Part shown: positions 45,477 through 53,862 of the stretch, one piece after another | Position numbering within the stretch: the stretch's first letter is position 1 | Layout of the letters: every line of letters begins with the position of its first letter | DNA from: an uncultured Verrucomicrobiae bacterium | GTDB taxonomy: Bacteria > Verrucomicrobiota > Verrucomicrobiia > Limisphaerales > UBA11358 | Length of the DNA stretch: 64,000 nt | Direction of reading: 5' to 3' | Assembly (NCBI GenBank): GCA_963797825.1 | Contig: CAWCRR010000047.1 | Span: forward strand, 108,060 to 172,059 | Translations under genes and position numbers: made by a program | Notes under the pieces: generated by a model | Told to the model about the DNA's origin: nothing | The model's database searches: none | What the model saw: the letters and a program-made list of their open reading frames with translations, nothing else

Positions 45477-48400
45477 ATGCCAGCATCTTTAGCACTGCTA
45501 ATCTCTTGCATTTGCGTTCCTGCTGCTTTAGATTGGCACCTTAAGGTGATTGTGGATACTTTCAGCTTCAAACCCTTATTCGACGCCGGACTGCGAATCA
45601 AATGGCCGGGCATTTGTGCGCGGTTGGTTTTGGCGGGCTTGATTTTTTCAACTTTTTCGACGGCGGCGCAGTCCAATAACGCTGCCTATACGTGGACGAC
45701 GTTCGCCGGTCAGGCCAGTGTCGGCAGCGTGGATGGCGTGGGCAACAATGCGCGCTTTTCCGGTCCGAGGGGCATCACCGTGGATACCCATGACAATCTT
45801 TACGTAGTTGATTCCGCTAACGACACTATTCGAGAAATTACCGCTGCGGGCGTGGTGAGCACCATTGCCGGTTATCCCGGCGCTATCGGCACGAACGATG
45901 GTATGAGTGGTAGTGCGCGATTTTTTGACCCCTTTGGCATCACGATAGATAGTGCCGGCAACCTTTATGTGGGGGATACCGGGAACGATACCATCCGGAA
46001 GCTGACAGCGGTTGGCACCAACTGGGTGGTCAGCACGATTGCCGGGCTGGCGGGAAGTGTTGGCAGCGGTGATGGCACAGGAACCAATGCAGAGTTTGAT
46101 TCCCCCGCAGGCATCGTGGTGGATGGTTCCGGCAACCTATATGTGGCGGATTTCGGTAACGATACGATCCGGAAGTTGACATCGGTTGGCACCAACTGGT
46201 CGGTCAGCACGATTGCCGGCCTGGCTGGAAATTTTAGCAACAATGACGGGAGTGGAACCAATGCCTCATTTGAAGGGCCTGCTGGCATCACGGTGGACGC
46301 ATCGAACAATCTTTATGTGGCGGATTTCTACGACAACACGATCCGGGAAATAATGCAGGTTAAGTCCAACTGGGTGGTGAGTACCTTGGCGGTGATTGGG
46401 GGCGATGAAGGCCCTGAATGCATCACAGTCGACAACTCGGGCAATCTCTATGTCGGAGGAGGATTTTTCGATGAAACGATTAACAAGATCACGCGGGTGG
46501 GACTCATTTGGAGTGTCAGTGCGCTGGCCGGATCGGACGGTTGTTTCAGTTGTTACGCCGATGGGACGGGGACCAACGCCATGTTTCAAAGTCCCTCCGG
46601 CATCACGGCGGACGCGTCAGGAAATCTGTTCGTGGCGGATACAGACAACAACGTCATCCGGAGTGTGACTTCGAGTGGGGTGGTAAGCACATTGGCAGGG
46701 ACTGACGCGAATGCCGGCAGTGCCAACGGCACGGGCACGGCCGCGGCGTTTAACGGCCCGAGGGCAGTGGCCGTGGACAAGACCGGTAATATCTATGTGG
46801 CGGATACCGGCAACCGCACCGTTAGGAAAATCACGCCGGCTGGCGTGGTGAGCACCATCGCCGGGCAGGCCGGAGTCTCCGGCACCAATGACGGTGTCGG
46901 CAGTTACGCGCAGTTTGGCGCTCTCCACGGAGTGGCGGTGGACGGCGCGGGGAATGTTTATGTGACAGATGAATTCAACGATGCGAACGGATCGACGATC
47001 CGGAAGATCAGTCCAGGCGACGTGGTGACAACTTATCTGACGGGGTTTGATGTTCCCTCTGGGATTGCGGTGGACGCATCGAACAATTTCTTTGTCTCGG
47101 ATATTTTCAGCGAGATAATCTATGTCGAGTCGCCTACCAGCCCGGCTTACATCACGGGACAGATTTACGACCCGGTAAGCATTGCCGTGGATGGTTCGGA
47201 TAACCTTTATGTGGCGGATCCTAATGGCGATGTGATCCAGGAGATCAGCCTGGTCAACTCGGTTTGGGTGGCGACGACCATTGCGGGACAGGCTGGAATG
47301 GCCGGCAGTAACGATGGCATGGGAACCAACGCATTATTTAACGAACCCAATGGCGTCGCAGTAGACAATTCGGGCAATCTGTATGTGGCAGATACAGGGA
47401 ACAATGAAATTCGCGAACTGACCTTTGCCGGCGGCAACTGGGTGGTGAGCACGATCGGCGGAATGGCTGGCAGCGCTGGAAGTTCTGATGGTGCGGGTAA
47501 TGCGGCACGATTTGATTCCCCTCTCGATGTTACGGTGGACGGTTCAGGTAATGTTTATGTGGCCGATACGCGGAACAACACAATCCGAAAAGGAGTGTTC
47601 ACAGCCTATGCGGGGGCGAATGCCGCGGCCTACACTGCGCCGGTGATGACCGGGAGTTTGAAGGTAACGTTGTTGCCCGCTCAAGCCAGCGGACAATGGC
47701 GATTGCCGTGGGAACAAACCTGGCACAACAGCGGCGACGTGGTTTCCAACCTGGCGCAGGATAATTACACGCTTGAGTTTCAAAGTGTGCCCGGGTATCT
47801 GGTGATCCAGACCAACTTCACCGTGGCCGTGGTCAATGGCGCGACGACCTCCATCACCAACCAGTATTATCCGACGTTGGATGACGGAAGCACGAACAGC
47901 ATCGGTTCACTCACGGTGGAAATCGGCCCGAACCTGGTGGCCGGCACCGGCTGGCGATTCCTGGGGGAGAGCAATTGGCGCGCGCCCGGTTCCACGGCGT
48001 CCAATTTGCAACCGGACATTTATTTCATCGAGTTTGAGCCGGTGACCAATTACTCCAAACCCTCAAGCCAGGCGGTGCAGGTGTATGCCGGATTGCCCAC
48101 GATCATCTCGGCCAATTATGTGCTGGCTTCATCGGCGCCGGGCGGGGTGCTGCTGCCCTTTCCCGTGCCGGCCAATGAGATCAGCGACATAGCCGATTAT
48201 CCCTTTGGCTTCAACGGCCAGTTGCAATCGGACGTGGGCTACGGCAGCGGCGTGGCGGTGCAGCCCAACGTGGTGCTGACCGCGGCGCACATGGTGTTCA
48301 ACGACCAGACGCTCGGGTATGTGAACCAGATCTTTTGGTATTTCCGGCAGGAGACGGGGGTATCTGCCCCCGAACCACAGTCGGCGCGGGGCTGGTATGT

Positions 48401-49436
48401 GTTGAGCGGCTATGCGTCACAACGGACCAATGATTTGCTGGGCGGGTTGGGAGTGGACCAGTCCAGTCCGCAGTCGCGGAATCTGGACGTGGCGGCACTA
48501 TACTTTTTGTCGCCGGTGGCGGGCGGGGGTTCCGGCGGTTATCTGCCATCGGATGCCTCACCCAATCCATGGCTGACGGGCAACAGTTCGAAAATGCTCG
48601 TGGGTTATCCGGTGGACGGATCAGAGTTTGGAAACTCTTCAATTGTGCCGGGCGAGATGTACCAGACGCAGCCTCAGCCCTATCCACTGGCCCTGGCGAC
48701 CGATCCGGTGACGGACCAGGAGGTATATAACGCGAATTGGTTCTTGAGCTACCCGGGTAATAGCGGTGGGCCGGTATACGTGCAGTATAACGGTTATTAC
48801 TATCCGGCGGGAGTGTATCTGGGGACATTGTATAATGGAGTGACACCCTATGCGTCGGCAGTGCGGGCGATCGACAGTACGGTGGTGAATTTGATCACCA
48901 ACGCGGAGACGTTGGGCGACTTCGGGACCAACCATACGGGCGGCGGCGTCATCACTATCGTTGCCAACCAGGCCATCAACGGAAACAATCCTGGATATTT
49001 GGAATTTCAACTGGGCCCGTCGGCGGCGGTGACGGCGGGGGCTGGCTGGAAGCTATCGGGGGATTCGGCCTATGGGAGCGCGTCGAACTACATCCGCGCG
49101 GTGACTTCAACCAACGTCACTGTGCTCTTCAATCCCATCTCCGGTTGGAATTCGCCGGCGAACCAGGCGGTGGCGGTCTTGCCCAACCAGATCACCAGTT
49201 ACAGTGTGTCTTACACGGTGAGTAACCCCTTGATGGCCATCAACGGAACCGTTGGCTTTGGAATCATTGGCACCACTGGAACAGTATATCGGATTGAAGA
49301 GAGCAGTTCACTCACGACGGGGACTTGGACGCCGTTAAGTACCAATACCATCACTTCAAGTGGCTTCAATCTGGTATTACCAGGACCGTTGACCAATGGG
49401 CCTGCCATGTTCTATCGCGCGGTCTGGCTGCCGTAG
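45477..49436 (+). CDS. Giant secreted protein: ~12 NHL repeats, a trypsin-like (S1) serine protease domain and the FYR-type C-terminal module
   Basis: NHL units follow the pattern F..P.GI.VD.sGNLYVADtgN.tIRkit. The protease triad contexts are VVLTAAHMVF (~48288), NLDVAALYF (~48486) and YPGNSGGPVYV (~48762). It ends ...TWTPLSTNTI...GPAMFYRAVWLP. The start is uncertain. Confidence 0.78.
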   Translation: MPASLALLISCICVPAALDWHLKVIVDTFSFKPLFDAGLRIKWPGICARLVLAGLIFSTFSTAAQSNNAAYTWTTFAGQASVGSVDGVGNNARFSGPRGITVDTHDNLYVVDSANDTIREITAAGVVSTIAGYPGAIGTNDGMSGSARFFDPFGITIDSAGNLYVGDTGNDTIRKLTAVGTNWVVSTIAGLAGSVGSGDGTGTNAEFDSPAGIVVDGSGNLYVADFGNDTIRKLTSVGTNWSVSTIAGLAGNFSNNDGSGTNASFEGPAGITVDASNNLYVADFYDNTIREIMQVKSNWVVSTLAVIGGDEGPECITVDNSGNLYVGGGFFDETINKITRVGLIWSVSALAGSDGCFSCYADGTGTNAMFQSPSGITADASGNLFVADTDNNVIRSVTSSGVVSTLAGTDANAGSANGTGTAAAFNGPRAVAVDKTGNIYVADTGNRTVRKITPAGVVSTIAGQAGVSGTNDGVGSYAQFGALHGVAVDGAGNVYVTDEFNDANGSTIRKISPGDVVTTYLTGFDVPSGIAVDASNNFFVSDIFSEIIYVESPTSPAYITGQIYDPVSIAVDGSDNLYVADPNGDVIQEISLVNSVWVATTIAGQAGMAGSNDGMGTNALFNEPNGVAVDNSGNLYVADTGNNEIRELTFAGGNWVVSTIGGMAGSAGSSDGAGNAARFDSPLDVTVDGSGNVYVADTRNNTIRKGVFTAYAGANAAAYTAPVMTGSLKVTLLPAQASGQWRLPWEQTWHNSGDVVSNLAQDNYTLEFQSVPGYLVIQTNFTVAVVNGATTSITNQYYPTLDDGSTNSIGSLTVEIGPNLVAGTGWRFLGESNWRAPGSTASNLQPDIYFIEFEPVTNYSKPSSQAVQVYAGLPTIISANYVLASSAPGGVLLPFPVPANEISDIADYPFGFNGQLQSDVGYGSGVAVQPNVVLTAAHMVFNDQTLGYVNQIFWYFRQETGVSAPEPQSARGWYVLSGYASQRTNDLLGGLGVDQSSPQSRNLDVAALYFLSPVAGGGSGGYLPSDASPNPWLTGNSSKMLVGYPVDGSEFGNSSIVPGEMYQTQPQPYPLALATDPVTDQEVYNANWFLSYPGNSGGPVYVQYNGYYYPAGVYLGTLYNGVTPYASAVRAIDSTVVNLITNAETLGDFGTNHTGGGVITIVANQAINGNNPGYLEFQLGPSAAVTAGAGWKLSGDSAYGSASNYIRAVTSTNVTVLFNPISGWNSPANQAVAVLPNQITSYSVSYTVSNPLMAINGTVGFGIIGTTGTVYRIEESSSLTTGTWTPLSTNTITSSGFNLVLPGPLTNGPAMFYRAVWLP

Positions 49437-49518
49437 TTTTTATTAGCTCGTTCTCTTCCCCCCTTATCCACCCCAGTGGGGAGAAGGGCAGCAAGCGGAG
49501 TGCAACCGGGAACCCAAA

Positions 49519-50484
49519 TCACCACCTCGCCCCGCGAAGGGCAAAAACCGTGGTGATAGTTCCGATCGTTGCATCCGCCCCAACCGCCGGCCAGATCTTT
49601 TGAGCCACGCATCCGGCGCCAAACAGCACCAGCCCCCCGAGCCAGATTCCCAGCGGAAAAAAGTCCGGCGCACTTTGTTGCCGTGGTTTCTTATTGATGA
49701 GCAGCGGGGTCACAAACGCCAGGATGAGGACGGTCACGACCATCCAGCCAAAAAAATCCACCAGAGGCGCGCCCTGCCAGGTCACGGGCAGCGCCGTTGG
49801 TTCCCAATACCAATAATGTTTCACGCGCGAGGCGAACGGCTCAAACGCAAACTCGAAGAGCACCGTCAGGACCGCGGCCACTCCGATGAGTCGGAAGCCG
49901 TACGACTTTGTTTTTCGCCACGGACGCAAAATCAACCGCGCCACGCCGCGCGAACTCAGGATGGCGACGGGCCAAAGCAATGGCAGCGCCCACGGCAAAA
50001 TATCAAACAGTCTGGCGCCGGATGCCTGTCCCACAATGTTTGCGCCAAACGGCATGCCGGTCTTGGCGTTGAGCACGGAGACCCCGCCGCCAATGAGGAT
50101 GATCAGAATCGTTGCGGACAACGCATGCAGCACCGGCAATTGGCGTGAAAGCGTGGCCACCGTGCCCGCGACGGCCACAGACAGCAGCGCCGTCTCAGGC
50201 CAGTTGAGGTCCGTCGCCACCAGGCATTTGATCACCGCCACCACGAGCGCCCCCGCGGACAGGAATGCTGTCGCCCAATAGAACCCTGATTTCAGTTTTC
50301 CAGCCAAATCCGATGTTGGCTGGTCGCGGTTTGGCATGGGTGGACGCATGAATCGCCACAATACAGGCTTCAAAGAGATTTTTGAATTTTTAATTTTGGG
50401 TTTTAAATTTGGAGCCAGGAAGATGGAGACAGAATGAAAAGGGCGCTTCGCGCGAGGCACGGCTCGCGGGGACGCTCGCCCCAC
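49519..50484 (-). CDS. Polytopic membrane protein, DUF422 / carotenoid-biosynthesis-protein-like
   Basis: ...VLFEFAFEPFASRVKHYWYWEPTALPVTWQGAPLVDFFGWMVV... resembles the DUF422 core (EP.a.....W.W......gvP..NF.GW). The start is uncertain. Confidence 0.45.
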   Translation of the reverse strand: MGRASPRAVPRAKRPFHSVSIFLAPNLKPKIKNSKISLKPVLWRFMRPPMPNRDQPTSDLAGKLKSGFYWATAFLSAGALVVAVIKCLVATDLNWPETALLSVAVAGTVATLSRQLPVLHALSATILIILIGGGVSVLNAKTGMPFGANIVGQASGARLFDILPWALPLLWPVAILSSRGVARLILRPWRKTKSYGFRLIGVAAVLTVLFEFAFEPFASRVKHYWYWEPTALPVTWQGAPLVDFFGWMVVTVLILAFVTPLLINKKPRQQSAPDFFPLGIWLGGLVLFGAGCVAQKIWPAVGADATIGTITTVFALRGARW

Positions 50485-50661
50485 CAGGATGGAAAGGAAG
50501 AATGAGGAAACGCTTACCGTTCATCACTGCTTTGCATCTTTGCGCCTTTGCGTTGAGCCCTATTGTTTTTATCTGTGTCTATCCGTGGTTAAAATTTTAT
50601 TTTGGAATTGCCTTGTCTGCGCCTCGGAAATTTGTTTTGTTGCCGTCGAAGGTAGTAATCC

Positions 50662-51117
50662 ATGACACTCGAAGAATCTGTTGTCCTCGTCAAAGCCTGC
50701 GCCAAAGAAATGGATGCGCGCTATGGCAAAACCGTCTTTGACGAATGGGCGATCGTGTCGTTGGCGGAGAACAAGGCCCGCGTGCTCTCCTATCTCGGCC
50801 CGCGCAATGACGATTTCCTGAAGAATTTTGCCGCCGACATCGGCGCCCTCCGCAAGGAGTTGCACGATATGAGCTATGGCACCGGCGATTTCGCCTTTGA
50901 ACGCCATGGCGTCGGCACCGGCTTCGAGGCCTTCATGGTCCTGGGCATGGGAATTTACCTCATTTGCAATAACACGCGCGAAAGCATGGATGTCATCGCC
51001 AAAAACCCGCGCTGGCTCTATGCCCAGGTGCCGTTCGCCGGGTTAAGCGACAGAATCCGGCCAAATCCAGTGAAAGTTTCCTGGGGCGACACCCAGTTTG
51101 TTAGAAAAAACCAGTGA
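50662..51117 (+). CDS. Hypothetical protein (151 aa)
   Basis: ORF track only; ordinary composition, no motif recognised. Confidence 0.4.
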   Translation: MTLEESVVLVKACAKEMDARYGKTVFDEWAIVSLAENKARVLSYLGPRNDDFLKNFAADIGALRKELHDMSYGTGDFAFERHGVGTGFEAFMVLGMGIYLICNNTRESMDVIAKNPRWLYAQVPFAGLSDRIRPNPVKVSWGDTQFVRKNQ

Positions 51118-51280
51118 ATCACCGGCCCGCTCACTCTATGAACCTCAAGGGAAAGAGAGAGTCACTCGTTTGAGTTTAGCCCAATCTCCCCTCATCTCTG
51201 GCCTTCTCCCCCCAGGGAGAAGGAACCCGCCGTCGCTACGCTATGGCGGGCAGGACAGCGAGAGGACGTTTTTGGTCATG

Positions 51281-51384
51281 GAATGGCTTCCTGACAGATT
51301 CTGCTGACGTATTTCAAACAAAGGCGCCGAGCGTTTCCCCCTCTCCTCGGAGGAGAGGGCCGGGGTGAGGAGGTCGTTTAACTG
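51281..51384 (-). repeat. Dispersed hairpin element, family B (copy 2)
   Basis: Its reverse complement aligns with 25797..25926. The central palindrome is ccctctcctc g gaggagaggg. Confidence 0.85.
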
Positions 51385-51423
51385 AATATGGTTCGGATCC
51401 GCGTCCACTCTTGAAAATCAAAC

Positions 51424-52440
51424 CTATCCCAGCAGTCCTTTCCAAAGAAACCATCCATAGGCGGCAACCAGGATCCAGCCGAAGAATTTTGGCAGTTGGC
51501 CAAAAACCAGCACGAAGAAAATGTGCAGCGCCGTCGCGCCCAGCAGAATGAACATTCCCGTCTGAAAAAAAGCGGGCATCACCATGTTCTGATAAAGGCA
51601 GTAAACACCCAGACATAAGGGGATCGAGACGTGGCAATCGCCCACCTGCGAGGCATAGACGGTTTCCGGTTGCCCGCGCCAGCCGTAATAAAACGCCAGC
51701 ATGGCGTTGGGCAGCACCATCAGCCAGCCCGTCAGCCAGCCGAGATGTTTTGCGCTGATAAAACCGATGTGGCGATTTTGGAGCCAGGCCACCAGCCAAT
51801 CCGTGCTGACGTAGATGCAATAAGCGCCGACGGCCAGCAGCACAATGTCCAGCGGCAGCATCCAGCCAAAGGCCGATTTGCCCTGGCGCACGTCCGACTT
51901 AAGCACTTCAAAAACGTGGATACATTGCCAGAACAGGAAAATACCGATCAGGACCATGCCGTCGTTGAAATTCAAATTGCCTTTGCGTCCCAGCGCCCAG
52001 ACGGCCCCGGTGAAAAATAAAATGGCCATCAAGGTCATCAACAACGCCAGGCGATTGAGTTGTTGGGCCTTTCCGTCGCCGGAACTTTTCTTCGCCGGAC
52101 TTTTCCCTTTGGATTTCGCCGGAATTACTTTTATGCCCCAAATGATTGCCGGCAATCCCAACACCAGGGTCATGTCGGTGACATTATTGACCAGGTTATT
52201 GGTCATCACGTCCGCGCCGCTGCCGCCGCCGCTGCCGAGGATGACGGCGAAGATCAGGTTGCCCATGCCGGAGCAATACGGCATCACGAGTGTGCCCAGC
52301 ACCGTGCCCTCAAAACCGCGCGCGCTCATCGCCTCCAGCCGCCAGATCATGATAAAGGACGCGCCGATGAACAACGCCACAAAGAGCCATGGCGCCCACA
52401 CACCTTTGGCCTCTATCCAATGGATGAACGGATCTGCCAT
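51424..52440 (-). CDS. Polytopic membrane protein, divergent Na+/Ca2+ exchanger (CaCA/YrbG)-like
   Basis: 338 aa with two internally similar halves. GTVLGTLVMPYCSGMGNLIFAVILG...NNLVNNVTDMTLVLGLPAI and ...GWLTGWLMVLPNAMLAFYYGWRG...QVGDCHVSIPLCLGV resemble the alpha-1/alpha-2 repeats. This is a weak call. Confidence 0.45.
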   Translation of the reverse strand: MADPFIHWIEAKGVWAPWLFVALFIGASFIMIWRLEAMSARGFEGTVLGTLVMPYCSGMGNLIFAVILGSGGGSGADVMTNNLVNNVTDMTLVLGLPAIIWGIKVIPAKSKGKSPAKKSSGDGKAQQLNRLALLMTLMAILFFTGAVWALGRKGNLNFNDGMVLIGIFLFWQCIHVFEVLKSDVRQGKSAFGWMLPLDIVLLAVGAYCIYVSTDWLVAWLQNRHIGFISAKHLGWLTGWLMVLPNAMLAFYYGWRGQPETVYASQVGDCHVSIPLCLGVYCLYQNMVMPAFFQTGMFILLGATALHIFFVLVFGQLPKFFGWILVAAYGWFLWKGLLG

Positions 52441-52638
52441 GCGCGGAGTTTAACTGGAAAAAATTTTCAAGCGATACAAACCGTAAAGGGGTCCTAGCTG
52501 GAATTATGACAATCGGCTTGCCGAGGGGGCGGTCGGAGGCATAATCCGGGTTGAAATGACCAAACTTTTTGCAGACGAGGCATTACACGCGGGTGACGCA
52601 GACGGCGGGCCGGATCAACCGAAAGACCGGGCGCATGT

Positions 52639-52779
52639 AACATCGGTCTCGACGACGGCATCATCAGCCCGACGCTTTTCAGGATGATGGTATTCATGAC
52701 GATCGTAACCACCCTGATGGCTGTGCCGCTGCTTTCGTTGATCATGCCTTCGGCGGCAAAGGTTGCATCCGTGATATGA
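52639..52779 (+). pseudogene. 3' remnant of a CPA2-type cation:proton antiporter gene
   Basis: My translation is NIGLDDGIISPTLFRMMVFMTIVTTLMAVPLLSLIMPSAAKVASVI*, which matches the last TM helix of Kef/NapA-type antiporters (..lGl..gvIs..lfs.mVlMalvTTlmt.Pll). No upstream reading frame exists, and its stop overlaps the UDG start codon. Confidence 0.4.
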
Positions 52780-53780
52780 AGGAAACTCGTATTTCCGCGG
52801 TGCAGACCCATCTCATCCTCGCCGCGCGGGAGCTTGCCGCGCAGGTTGATTTGCTGAAATTCAAGCCGCCGGTCACGCATGTCTATAATCCACTCGATTA
52901 TGCCTGGAGCGCGCACGAGAGGTACTTGCGGCAGTACGGCGGCGGAAAGAAACGAATCGTTTTTCTCGGGATGAACCCGGGACCGTTCGGGATGACGCAA
53001 ACGGGAATTCCCTTTGGCGAGATCGCCGCAGTCCGCGATTGGCTGGGAATTTCCGCCGCAATCAGAAAACCTGAGTTATGCCACCCTAAACGGCCGGTGA
53101 CCGGTTTCGATTGCCTCCACTCAGAGGTGAGCGGAAGACGCTTGTGGGGGCTTTTTAGGGAGCGGTTTGGGACGCCGGAAAATTTTTTCGCGGACCATTT
53201 TGTTGCCAACTATTGTCCGCTGGCTTTCATGGGGAAAAGCGGCAGCAACCTGACTCCAGATAAACTGCGCAAAGCCGAATGCAAAAAGTTGTTTCAGATT
53301 TGCGATGCGCATTTGCGCCGCGTATTGGAAATACTCGATCCGGAATGGTTGATCGGCATCGGCGGATTTGCGGCCAGGCAGGGGACAATGGTGGTGGAGG
53401 ATCTCAAGAACGAAGATGGAGGAGGGAGGATGGAAAAGACACAAAAGAAACATTCAACCCGCCTTCGTCATGCTACCCACCTTCGCCAAGCTACGGCGCA
53501 GCAGGCGGTGCGGCAGGTATTCAACATCCAACGTCCAATGGTGCCAGCGAAAATCCAAGTGGGTCAAATTCTGCATCCGAGTCCGGCCAGCCCGGCGGCC
53601 AATCGCGGCTGGGCGGAGGCGGCGATGAAACAATTGGTCAGCCTGGGGATTTGGAAGGAGGGGGTGGATCGCCCCTCACTTTCGGAAAAGCAGAAAAGAA
53701 ACATCCAACCTCCAACGCAGAACCTTCAACCCCCAATGGCAGCACGTCCCCTTTTCAAATGGGACCAAGGGACAAATTGA
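52776..53780 (+). CDS. SMUG1-family (family 3) uracil-DNA glycosylase with an in-frame repeat insertion and a read-through C-terminal tail
   Basis: VFLGMNPGPFGMTQTGIPFGE (SMUG1 motif), ...NYCPLAF..., ...ILHPSPASPAANRGW (HPSPRNP-type motif). About 45 extra residues precede the HPSP motif, and 41 extra residues follow the expected ...LGIWK end. Confidence 0.85.
   Translation: MKETRISAVQTHLILAARELAAQVDLLKFKPPVTHVYNPLDYAWSAHERYLRQYGGGKKRIVFLGMNPGPFGMTQTGIPFGEIAAVRDWLGISAAIRKPELCHPKRPVTGFDCLHSEVSGRRLWGLFRERFGTPENFFADHFVANYCPLAFMGKSGSNLTPDKLRKAECKKLFQICDAHLRRVLEILDPEWLIGIGGFAARQGTMVVEDLKNEDGGGRMEKTQKKHSTRLRHATHLRQATAQQAVRQVFNIQRPMVPAKIQVGQILHPSPASPAANRGWAEAAMKQLVSLGIWKEGVDRPSLSEKQKRNIQPPTQNLQPPMAARPLFKWDQGTN
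53549..53657 (+). repeat. 109-bp perfect direct repeat, copy 1 (inside the UDG gene)
   Basis: gaaaatccaagtgggtcaaattctgcatccgagtccggccagcccggcggccaatcgcggctgggcggaggcggcgatgaaacaattggtcagcctggggatttggaag is identical to 55952..56060. Confidence 0.95.
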
Positions 53781-53862
53781 CGGATAGGCCCGCACCCAAA
53801 ATTGAATATGTTTGACATGTTCAACAAGTTCCAGTTTTTTCCATGTTTAATCCAAACCTCTT

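Noticed and set aside
51314-51820. 168-aa minus-strand ORF
   Set aside because: Its C-terminal end is encoded by the family B repeat, and the rest is out of frame within the 51424..52440 membrane-protein gene.
52494-53000. 168-aa minus-strand ORF spanning the UDG start
   Set aside because: It is opposite the UDG N-terminus and the antiporter stump, and has no motifs.
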